From IMG/VR virus record IMGVR_UViG_3300046056_000003, positions 1 to 64,000 of that record: a stretch of 64,000 nucleotides of DNA; one strand, 5' to 3'. A program made the position numbers and the translations under genes. The notes under the pieces are model-generated. The model searched no databases and was not told where the DNA came from. It saw only the letters and a list, made by a program, of their open reading frames with translations. This stretch comes from a virus. How positions within the stretch are numbered: the stretch's first letter is position 1; every line of letters starts with the position of its first letter. Below, one piece after another: positions 42,801-51,500 of this stretch.

Positions 42801-44732
42801 CGAAGAATCCCAGCCCCCGTCAAGACTTCCGCTCTCGTAGTCATTGCTGTTGTTAACCGCCCCTACGGAAAAAGAAGCGTTGTACTTGTTTCCAATCTGG
42901 TCGGCCTCGATCGTGAGGGTTCCATCTCCGTTGTCCGTGGCGGTAAACTTGTCGGTGAAGTTCGAATTGTTGCCCAAGGCAGTCATGTAGGCGGAGGCCA
43001 CCGTAGCGGCGCTATCCTGCCCGTTGACTGTTACGGGTGTCGTAACATTGTTTCCGTCATAGGCCACCAGAATTTCTCTATCTTCCGGTCCATCATCATC
43101 TTTTCCTCCGTCAACGGTGGTGCTATTAGTGGTGTAGTTGAAGTCCGCACTGCTGACAATTTCGATTCCGTACCCGTTCCACTGAGCCCCGGTACTCAGT
43201 GCGATCATGCTCATCGAATAGCCTCCCGTATCGTAGTTATAGGCCCCTTGTAGATCGAAGTCGTTTCCGAAATGTCCGTTTTCCAGTACCGTCTCGATAT
43301 TGTTGGCAATCTCGTCTTCGCTATCTCCAGACGTGTAATTCACCGTGTAGGTCTCGATGACATTTCCACTATCGTCCCGGTATTCAATGTCTACACTGCC
43401 ATCGGAAGAAGCCCCCGATGTGAGAGTAAACATTCCACTTCTGGCCTTTTCTCCCTGGCCGGGAACGTCCGAACAGGTGATAGTGCCTTCGGACTTGGCG
43501 TCGTCGGGATCAGGGGCTGCATCATCAATTGTGATCGAGGCCTCTCCTTTTAGGGTCCCGGTTCCCCCCTCTGCCCGTCGCCCAGGGATGTGAAAGGCTT
43601 CCGTTTCAGTTCCGTCTTCCAGGACGAAGCTGACGTAGAAGGCGTACACCTCTCCCCGCTTGAAAGTCTTGAGGTTGAAAGCCGCTTCGGTATTGAGGAG
43701 ATCATTTCGGTTTTCGGTGGCCTCATAAGCGTCATTGGTATAGTTCGACAGGATGGCCTTCTCGTGCTCCTGTTGAAAGGTTACCCCAATGTCATTGACG
43801 TGACGCTGGAGGTCTACCCGGTCTTCTTTTTCCAGGTTGCCCATGTACAGGGTCCCGTCCTGCTGCTCGATGGTTCGGGCGCGGCTGTAGGTCTCCTGAT
43901 CAACAATGACCTCGTCTAAGGTGCCGTCCACCGAGGATTCGTTTCCGGTATAGCTATACTTGAGGGTTCCAGAATCCGGAATGGGAATGTCCGGAAGAAT
44001 GTCTACCGTGGTCCCATGGACGGCCACCACGCGGAGACTCTCGTATTCGGTATCGAGATTCTCCAGGGTGAAGTCAATTTTCCGGCCTGTTTTCTCGTCG
44101 GGGTCCTCCCCAAACCCTTCCTGGTTGGAGATGGGAATGGGTCTGGTGGTCTTGAAGTAGTTCGTTACCGACTCATCAGAATTGATGTAGGCGAACGCAA
44201 GCTGGTAGGTCCCACCGAAAAGACTCCCTCCCGCCTTCGAGACATAGTCCAGCTTAAAGTCTGTCTTGGTGTTAATGACGGGAAAGAGACGAAGGGACTG
44301 AAGCTTGTTTGGGGGCCCGTCCTGAAGGGTCTTGTCGACGTTGAGAAGACGAGGGGGATTGGCATCGTCGGTCAAGTAAACCACCCGGTCTCCGTTGGAA
44401 AGCACCCGGTACACCGATTCGACGTACTCGCCAAAGCTAATATCCTCCTCGAAGTCTTCGTCGCTGAGAACAGAAGTGAGGGATTCGGATTCGGGATCCC
44501 AGATTTTGATGTGGTCTGTCGAATCCCCCTTGACAAAAAGAAGAAAGGCGTTGTTCGAAAACTCTTTCCAGCCGATGATGTCCCCGCCAACATCGGTTCT
44601 CAATGAAGGCCCTCGTTCCCGACGCAGCTCTCCGTCTTCGGTGCCGATAATCGCATTTCGGGCGTCCCTGTAGCTTCCATCGGGCTGAAGCCGGGGATCG
44701 ACGTCTCTCTGAAGTCCTTTGTTGAACGGCAT
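39852..44732 (-). CDS. giant tail nozzle protein, T7 gp12 (tail tubular protein B)-like, 1626 aa
   Basis: The N-terminus NKGLQRDVDPRLQPDGSYRDARN resembles gp12 LKGGISQQPDILRYPDQGSRQVN. The late motif EQWVSFHDLDPG resembles gp12 QSWSHWDFG. This rests on my recollection of the T7 sequence. Confidence 0.45.
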   Translation of the reverse strand: MPFNKGLQRDVDPRLQPDGSYRDARNAIIGTEDGELRRERGPSLRTDVGGDIIGWKEFSNNAFLLFVKGDSTDHIKIWDPESESLTSVLSDEDFEEDISFGEYVESVYRVLSNGDRVVYLTDDANPPRLLNVDKTLQDGPPNKLQSLRLFPVINTKTDFKLDYVSKAGGSLFGGTYQLAFAYINSDESVTNYFKTTRPIPISNQEGFGEDPDEKTGRKIDFTLENLDTEYESLRVVAVHGTTVDILPDIPIPDSGTLKYSYTGNESSVDGTLDEVIVDQETYSRARTIEQQDGTLYMGNLEKEDRVDLQRHVNDIGVTFQQEHEKAILSNYTNDAYEATENRNDLLNTEAAFNLKTFKRGEVYAFYVSFVLEDGTETEAFHIPGRRAEGGTGTLKGEASITIDDAAPDPDDAKSEGTITCSDVPGQGEKARSGMFTLTSGASSDGSVDIEYRDDSGNVIETYTVNYTSGDSEDEIANNIETVLENGHFGNDFDLQGAYNYDTGGYSMSMIALSTGAQWNGYGIEIVSSADFNYTTNSTTVDGGKDDDGPEDREILVAYDGNNVTTPVTVNGQDSAATVASAYMTALGNNSNFTDKFTATDNGDGTLTIEADQIGNKYNASFSVGAVNNSNDYESGSLDGGWDSSTDKISVEADWVPSTTEFITFEVAPGASAQTVADKLFTESQNNAGYDDITFTQNTTTITATDDTGTDRFNGDTPYFDSAFSFSLTIEDWEGGGGSGNELSEIPDSHPLKEYESEFGTLRNFHVNPSTSSLSTGFWQNENESYPDNQRWDVVDDSGDVVDNYRGENVRHHRILGNDEMPYVDEDSQFGLTDPTIIQVSFNNIHIPDELEGKIKSARFYYARKDPEDRLIMDQSLGHQGWHDDSDNERPYQQTNSIFSSDVWAAHGFPPTTYFFDEKRWDVDGNLFELQPFESLRRNLPLQGITHVKEVLRITKDDDWYGVFTEDVGSVWWKDGTLNISSHNLITKVEAISYIDQNQRSVSLESQGFTRDYDNLFGESKVVCETEKGFFLDSLHVLDLCQLKKDVHFPFDQQELVYTGIEKDMSTGRSVVQKAIGAGDIHVARWWHKEHTLLALADPDFWGQGDSWWGGNHDENNIKNALLWTIHREIFGQNEDEDERNGVVSAIQELIGNTADVNNLPLAIGTTWFQCNETRDLPTMGRVPGESRDETFAPIQEIFGKSEASWVSQPPVGALPNKFDQLDDTEEAKAKTRWFFRFFRDVDNWYKYNDLYSEDARLKPAFPFQEKAISSTNFPTRVIRSAESKEGGPRTAWREFRPEDKTDLPQNRGAIQKLVASTNGLTIHAEDALFRTKGRQQMDIQGDSVYLGSGNIFRVKPQQLRQSEAGFAGLSHPTHGISTPWGYVWVDIENQTVYQWGNEGPKSISRKGLRQWFQSHIGTDIEIGVDPEEERVFVSGSDWTLSYNPLREQWVSFHDLDPGKYFFGRDKGHLFRNDNIYTIGEGQYGNYYGSIHPFEVAFVSADRRPENQIVQSLYIDASVFDDAGRELERKIFDSVRVYNDYQDTGEIIIRPLIGDRGQRRNRVNARKTDRVWKINNLRDGIAQPTRRSDLSRLSDNVHHIELSFGKATDQRTIHLLNALLVHRSSRR

Positions 44733-45241
44733 TAGAGGCTTTGGGGAATGTCAGGAATCTCAGTGTCGAAGGTCTTTAAGGGCGCGGTGTCCTCTACAGG
44801 CTCTGGATCTGGTTTCCAGGCCATAGGATCTAACATCGCCCGAATCTCTCCCATATTTACCTTTGTCCCCGGACACGTCTTGTTGTCGTTGTACCGCCGA
44901 TGGCCGTGGACTTTCGAGCTTCGAATTTGGTACTTCTCATAGCACTCTCGAAAGAGGCGCAGAAGCGTGCCTTTCTGGGCATCGGTGAAGGAGTTCTTGT
45001 CGCCGTGCCCTTGAAAGCTGATTCCCAGAGACCGCGTGTTCATCCCGTTGTCCCGGCAGTGGGCCCCGTGCATGTCCTCCTCTCGTCCCTGCTCTAGAGT
45101 GCCATCCTTGTGGATGAAATAATGATATCCGCACATTCTGAACCCCCTTCGGCGGTGCCACTGGTCAATGTCTTCAATGTCGTAGCCCGTACCTTCGTGG
45201 GCGGCAGTATGGATGATCAGAAACTCCGGGTGGTTTTGCAT
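44732..45241 (-). CDS. N-acetylmuramoyl-L-alanine amidase (Amidase_2 / PGRP / T7 lysozyme family)
   Basis: LIIHTAAHEG...DIDQWHRRRGF..CGYHYFIHKDGTLEQGR...GAHC...N..SLGISFQG...VHGHRRYN.NKTCPG are the Zn-ligand and core motifs of this family. Confidence 0.85.
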   Translation of the reverse strand: MQNHPEFLIIHTAAHEGTGYDIEDIDQWHRRRGFRMCGYHYFIHKDGTLEQGREEDMHGAHCRDNGMNTRSLGISFQGHGDKNSFTDAQKGTLLRLFRECYEKYQIRSSKVHGHRRYNDNKTCPGTKVNMGEIRAMLDPMAWKPDPEPVEDTAPLKTFDTEIPDIPQSL

Positions 45242-46683
45242 TAGGTCACGAGCTTCAGCCGGTAGGTAAGGCGAAGAAGCTCTCCCGGAGGCACATCTAC
45301 GGGGGCATCAAGCACATGACGGGCCGTCATGGTAGAGTATCGCATGTATTCAGTTTTATAGTAGGAATTTCCGGTATATAAAGCCGTTTCTTTGACCGTA
45401 ACGGTGGTGGATCCTCGATTCTCCAAAATACGTGTGACGTCAAAGTACACCTCATTATTAGCCTCATCGGTGACAATATCTTCAACCACGGTTCCGTAAT
45501 ATACAAGCTCGTCGTCTCCAAATCCATGAGGAATTTGGCTATCGTTGTCGTTATTGTCAGTCAATGCGTAATTTGTGTTGGACACCGGTTTTGTAGAACC
45601 CCCCGGAACCGGACCCACAAACTGTCCCAGAACCCCATTTCGACGAGTATCCGGATGCGTATTTCCACCTGTAGCTGATAACAACCACTGCCCCGCACTT
45701 TCTTCATGGTCTCGATCCGAATTGTTTATATCTTTTGCAACACGATCTCTTTGCCTATGCTGCCGATAAAGCTGCTGGTGAAACTGGGCCATTACACCCC
45801 CATTCCCGTCATTTTGGATGGTCATCGTGTAGTCGACCGTGACCGACTTTCCGGAGGCCACCGTAAAGCTTTCGACGTTATCGCGGGCCATAAGAACACT
45901 TTTGTAGTTACTGTTGGCCCCTCTGCATATAACCCCAATTTCTCCGACCTCAATGTCGTGATCCTGATTGTTAGTAAACGTACGCGAGTAGGTAATTTCA
46001 CTCTTTGTCGTCTGCACGGCGGGCTCGGACACCGTAGTTTCGGTCCTGTTAAGCTGCCGAAGGCGGTTTTCAAGCCACCAGTCTTCAACACCCGCGTCTT
46101 TATTGGGAAGGTTGGCCCCCAAGACAACATTTGGATTTTCAAGTGTATCTTTTTCTCGATTACAATTTCCCCAACCGAACATTACAAACCAGGCTTCTTC
46201 GTTCCAGTTGCTTCCGTCTTCGGACCAAGTGACGGAAGGTCCTTGAACTACAGTTCCTGTTGCGCGGTCAAACGTGTCTAGCTCATATAATTTAAGGTTA
46301 TAATTACCACCTCCGTTATAGTAAAACCCTTTCATTTCATCGACGTTCGAGTCAATATATAAAACCTTTGGTGAGCCATCTACATGACTCATATAATAAC
46401 CAAGGTCTATTTCAACTGGGTCTCTGTCCCAGTAAATATTGTCTATTCTGTTACCTTTCTGATCGTGATTCAACTTTCTATAATCATTTCCAACTCTTTG
46501 TATAATTCGACGACCATCTTTATCTCCTCGAACCTCTCCCATCATGCCGTACAGCAATCGGAGAAAGTTTCCTACCAGAGAGTCGGCTTGGCGGTTGATT
46601 ATCGTTTCTCCCTCCATGGAGACTTCCATGTGGAGGTCTACACCTGCTTCCTTCGTGATAATGTCGCTCTGAATCTCTTTCAT
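45241..46683 (-). CDS. tail-associated structural protein, 480 aa
   Basis: It has 1-nt stop/start overlaps with both neighbours and a beta-rich Asn/Gly/Thr composition. Confidence 0.6.
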   Translation of the reverse strand: MKEIQSDIITKEAGVDLHMEVSMEGETIINRQADSLVGNFLRLLYGMMGEVRGDKDGRRIIQRVGNDYRKLNHDQKGNRIDNIYWDRDPVEIDLGYYMSHVDGSPKVLYIDSNVDEMKGFYYNGGGNYNLKLYELDTFDRATGTVVQGPSVTWSEDGSNWNEEAWFVMFGWGNCNREKDTLENPNVVLGANLPNKDAGVEDWWLENRLRQLNRTETTVSEPAVQTTKSEITYSRTFTNNQDHDIEVGEIGVICRGANSNYKSVLMARDNVESFTVASGKSVTVDYTMTIQNDGNGGVMAQFHQQLYRQHRQRDRVAKDINNSDRDHEESAGQWLLSATGGNTHPDTRRNGVLGQFVGPVPGGSTKPVSNTNYALTDNNDNDSQIPHGFGDDELVYYGTVVEDIVTDEANNEVYFDVTRILENRGSTTVTVKETALYTGNSYYKTEYMRYSTMTARHVLDAPVDVPPGELLRLTYRLKLVT

Positions 46684-47420
46684 TAGGATATGCTGGTTGT
46701 AAGACTGGTGGTAAAGGAGGAAACCTCTCGGGTAAAGGTTTTCAGTTCCGTAGAAGCGAACTTTTTGGTACTGGGACTGGACGTATTTCCATCGATCATT
46801 TGCGGGTCAATGGTGCCTCTAAAATACCCATCCCCCACGAGATACTCGACGAGCTTTTGCACCTTCGACTCAAACACCTTCAGCTTTGGCCGTGGCACAA
46901 GGTCTCTCTCGAACTCAAGCTGGATGGTGTCCCCTGTATTGAAGTAGTAGATTCCCGATTGCTCGTCGATGTCCGGGCAGTCGGAGGCCTCAGCGTTGAT
47001 CTTGAAGGCATACAGGCTTGACGGGTCTACCCCGAAGAAAAACTCGTGGTGTTTTTTCTCTTCAGAGGCGTCTTGGATCGTCTTCTCGAACGTGGGGCTG
47101 TCCTCGTTCTCCGGGTTTCCCACGTAGTCGATACTGATGTCCGAGTTTTCGTTGGTGCTTACCACCACGCGGGCAATTCCGCCTCTCTGAATCCGCTCAG
47201 AGCCGTCATGACGGAACTGGTCTTCCTGTCCCATCACATTGTAGATGTCCAGCACCAACTCTTCGCACGGCGTACCTTGCTCGTCCCCACAGTCGGTAAG
47301 CTGCACCGACAATTGGGAGCGCAGTGTTAGCGGAGACTCGCGGGCCACGTCCTCAATGTCTGGATGATCGACACCGGAGGCCCGTGGGTTTCCTCTGGAA
47401 AAATCGGAAGACCCTGCCAT
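46683..47420 (-). CDS. hypothetical structural protein, 245 aa
   Basis: ATG start, coupled to the downstream gene by a 1-nt overlap. Confidence 0.6.
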   Translation of the reverse strand: MAGSSDFSRGNPRASGVDHPDIEDVARESPLTLRSQLSVQLTDCGDEQGTPCEELVLDIYNVMGQEDQFRHDGSERIQRGGIARVVVSTNENSDISIDYVGNPENEDSPTFEKTIQDASEEKKHHEFFFGVDPSSLYAFKINAEASDCPDIDEQSGIYYFNTGDTIQLEFERDLVPRPKLKVFESKVQKLVEYLVGDGYFRGTIDPQMIDGNTSSPSTKKFASTELKTFTREVSSFTTSLTTSIS

Positions 47421-47488
47421 AGAGGTGGTGGTTGTTGGATGTGCTATCAGTTACAATGACAGCACCTCTATGACGTTCCCTATCGGAC

Positions 47489-48538
47489 TTACTTGCTATT
47501 CTCGTAGCGAGTAAGGTATCCGCGCCCGGAATCCCGATGAAAACATACCCAATTGTCCCCGTCGATCACGACCGTATCCCACAGGGCAATGGCGTCATCG
47601 CGGACCACCTTGAGCGCCGGAATCTTGCCCTTGTGGGCCGGGAGAGGATTGTTGATGTAGTAGTGCTGGTTGAAGATCATCTCCCGGCCCTGCACGTCGC
47701 TGTTTCCCGGCACAAAGCCGAGTTCATCCTGCACACTGGTTTTCACGGCCTTTCCGTTGTTCGAGTGCGCCGGAGAGTTAATGCGCCCGGCAGGAAACCG
47801 GCGAAAAGACCGCGTGTGAATGGCGGGCACCTCGTCTCTGGAGTAGTGCCCATCATCAGGCTCCTTGTCTAACCAGATCATCCCCACGCCGGAGACCCGG
47901 TCTCGCTCTGCATCTAGGACCGTTCTCCACACGAGGTGGTCGTCGGAGCAGAAGACGTAGATGCGGTGGGAGATTTGGAGGTAGTTATTACTGCCAGGGT
48001 AGTCGGTCCCAGTCTGCTGTAGGCGACTAAAAAACCCTCCTCCAGGTCTTTCATTTTTATCTTTCGTATCTTCTTTATGCTGCCACGCCCTCTGGTTCTG
48101 GTAGTAGTTACTTCGAAACACGAAGTTGCTCGGGTTCTTCTTGCTGTTCCACCCAGACACGCCATTGGTTGGCGGATCGGCGATGACTAAAAAGTGACAG
48201 TACTTCCATGAACTGAGCATAAAGCACGCGGCGGTGTCTCCGCTGTCCAGGGCCGGGTCGTTGGAAAAGTACACTCCGTCTACGGTCCCGCTGTCGTACC
48301 CGCTTGAATCTTCGTTGTATGACGTGCTTCCAGTGGAGGCGTCCGATTGAAACCCTTGAAGTCCGGCGGGTGTAGGGCTAGATCCTGTGATACGCCCAAA
48401 GGACGCTGATCCTACAGATAGGACCTCATCTAGCATCTTTACGATCTCCCCGACTCTCGATGTGCCATCGGGAATGAGCTTTCCGCCCAAGTCAGGATCG
48501 TTGGGGTCGAAGTTAGTTGCAAGGTTGCTCAAAGCCAT
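47489..48538 (-). CDS. hypothetical structural protein, 349 aa
   Basis: The ATG is directly preceded by the best copy of the leader motif. Confidence 0.6.
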   Translation of the reverse strand: MALSNLATNFDPNDPDLGGKLIPDGTSRVGEIVKMLDEVLSVGSASFGRITGSSPTPAGLQGFQSDASTGSTSYNEDSSGYDSGTVDGVYFSNDPALDSGDTAACFMLSSWKYCHFLVIADPPTNGVSGWNSKKNPSNFVFRSNYYQNQRAWQHKEDTKDKNERPGGGFFSRLQQTGTDYPGSNNYLQISHRIYVFCSDDHLVWRTVLDAERDRVSGVGMIWLDKEPDDGHYSRDEVPAIHTRSFRRFPAGRINSPAHSNNGKAVKTSVQDELGFVPGNSDVQGREMIFNQHYYINNPLPAHKGKIPALKVVRDDAIALWDTVVIDGDNWVCFHRDSGRGYLTRYENSK

Positions 48539-48540
48539 GG

Positions 48541-48567
48541 TTTTGCTGGTTACTTGTTGGTAAAGGG
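48541..48567 (-). promoter_or_regulatory. conserved leader motif copy (minus strand CCCTTTACCAACAAGTAACCAGCAAAA, then CC-ATG)
   Basis: It fills almost the entire 33-nt spacer between the fibre gene stop and the ATG at 48538. Confidence 0.45.
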
Positions 48568-48571
48568 ATGG

Positions 48572-51500
48572 TTACTTAATGGTGATATTGTCCCACCATG
48601 TGTAGTGCCTACTTGTTTCTCCGACTCGTTCTCCAAGACCGATCTTGGCAACGTCTACGCCGTGTTTTAGTTGCCGGGTTCCACTTCTTGTATCTCCGGT
48701 CTGTAGGTCTTCCATGTAGTAGTTATATTCCCCGTTAGCCCAATCGAAGGTAATCTCGTAGTAAATCCAGCGGTCGTACCCGTTGGCCCCCCAAATCTCG
48801 TCATTCATTCCGGTGCCATCCCACGCCTGCCACTGTGGGTTTTGCGTGCCCAGGGCCACCTCCAAATTTCCGTTGGAGTTTATGAAGTGGAAGGCGCTTC
48901 CGTACTGGGTGCCGTCTTCGTTCCAGTACCACGAGGCTTTCGAGGGCTGTTGCAGATGGGATCCCATTTGCCTCTCGATGGCGAGGCCACTAGAGGGAAG
49001 ACTACTATATGAGTCTGCCCCCGCCGCCTGAGAGCCCTCATAGACCCGGTCGGTCTTGATCTCGAAGGGAGAGTAATTGACCGTCCATTCGGAAAGGTCT
49101 CCCTCGAAGTCTTCGAAGAAGCTCGGCTTGATGACATCAGAGAAAGGTCCTGTTTGCCCAGCAACGTCGGTCACACGCGCCTTGTAGACATGGCCTTTGG
49201 ACTCATCGTAGTTGTTGTCAGTGTAGTCCGTGGGAAGGAGTGGGTAGGTGATCTTTTCAATCAAGCTGTACGACGTGTCTCCATCTGCCTTTCGGTGAAC
49301 CTCCAGGGCCTCGATGTCGATTTCCGTTGTTTTAACTCCAAACGTGGCTTCCCCCGCACTTCCGTCGAAGTCTTTCGCCTGAGTGGCAGGAGCTATGGGG
49401 AGTTTGTTTTCAAACAACGCCTCACTTTCTCCCACCGCCAAGGTAGGCACTGTTACCTCCATGCTCGTCTCAGCCCCGCTTGAGTCTTTGACTCCGACCG
49501 TGTAGGTGCTTCCCTCCTCCACCGAGAAGGTATTGCTGCTTTGCCACGTCCCCCCGTCGAGGTTGTATTCGAGTCCCCCGTTGTCGCTTTGGGAATCGAC
49601 GATTATCTCGTAGCCGTTGGCATCGGTATTCTGGGCGGTAATTGCTCGGAGGTTTACGGCGTTTCCGGAGCCCGTCCGTACTCCCCGCTCTTTTGATCGC
49701 CCCAGCGACTCTTCCCCGTTGGAATTGGCCGACTTTAGCGCGTAGTAGTACGTGGTAAAGGCGTCTAGTCCGGTGTCCGCCCAGGACCCAGACTTCGACG
49801 TTACAGACAGGCTCTTGACGTTACTATAGCTTCCATCCGGACCCCCGGTGGTACGGAGGAATTCTACAGTGTCTACCCCTTCGAGCGTCGATAGCAAATA
49901 TTCAACGGTAGCTTCCTGAACGGCAGACAATCCCGCTTCCGCTTCTGGAGTTGGCGGGCTTACGTAAGGGACAATTGAAATGTCGATAAGATGCGGATTC
50001 CGCTGCATCTCGTTTCCCAGAAGCTCAATGAAGTCGTAGGAAGCCCCCGGATTGATGACATTCGGATCTCTCTCCATGGCCCTCGCCAGAAGAGCTTTAA
50101 ACTCTAGCTGTCTCTCAAAATCAATCAGGTGGGGATCTCTCTGTATGGTCTTCCCCAGAAGCTGCTGGAACTCCATCTGCTCCCGCATTGCGGAAACGAA
50201 GATGTAGATGATGGGGAAGTCCCACAGAGTGCTTGCCCTCCATAGGAAGTGTTCTTCGGACTGCCTCTCATCTTCACTCTGGTTGCTGAGGGCCCACCAG
50301 AAAAACTTGAAGATGTGGTGGGGGCCTTTGTCGGACCAAGCCTCATCCATGAAGGCGGCGCTCTCGCTGTTGGCCCCGATGAGGCCATAGCGTTTATCAT
50401 CCCCAATCATCGGGTCCGACATGGTTTGGTAATCCTGCCGGTCTGTATTCAGCCACTTCTCTTTCTGGTAGTCTGAGGAGCCTCTTTTCTGAAAGAGGAA
50501 TTGAATGAGACCTTCGGTGATCTCGTCAAAGTTGTAGTTGGTCATGTTGTCGCTGTCGTACTGGCTCCCGTTGTGGTGGCTATCGAAGCCAATCCGGTTT
50601 TTACGGTAATCTGGGGCCGACAGCCGGAAGTATTCATTTCGATCGAAGCTGAGTACCATTCCCTCTCCGGCGTTATCCCGGACTACTCTAGTATCAATGA
50701 GGAGGGTCGTTCTCATTTTCTCGATAGTGTCGCTGTTGGCCGGATCAAAGTGGACACCATCTAGGGCCAGTGTCTGATCATCTCCCATCATAAATGCACC
50801 GCCGTTTCCCTCGACGGCCACCTCACGGGCCTCAACTGTGCAAAGCTGGCCGGTATCATGAGAGGTGCCCGCTAGTCCTGCCGCTATACGTTCGGGAAGA
50901 AAGTCAGAAACCCTTCCCATTTCGGTGTAATTGGTGCCATCGGTGGAGTATCGATAAATGATCTCCCTGTTTTTTCGCTCTAACTGAAGCCACACCGGGT
51001 TTTCACTGGTGAACTGTGGAGATACATCCGTTCCCAGGCTTCCCCCATCGTGGTTGTTGTTTCCATTGTAGCTTTTTCGGACAGTGCCACGTATTCCGTT
51101 GTTTGGAACAACGATATTAAGAGCACAAGGAGCCCTCTCGTAGACATCTGATGTGATATAGGGACCAAACTTTGCATATTGGTTTGTATTTTCTTGAAGA
51201 ATAATCTTACAAGTAATTTTACAGTCCCCAACAACAGGTTTAAATAGAAACTCCCCGTGACTAGTGTTATCATAAATATCATCTCCACCACACTCGAAAG
51301 TGTAGGACTGTCCGCCGTTGTGAGTGACTGATCCTTCGTTGGAGGTCCCCGCAAAGGTTGATTTTTGCCACCCTTCGGGAAGGTGATCGTGAATGTAGTT
51401 GATCGTCACTCCACTTTGGTCGGACACGCGATTGTCGTCCAGCTCTCCGGGAAGCATGAGAAACTGAACGTCGGGGATCTCCGCGTAGAAGTCGTCGGCA

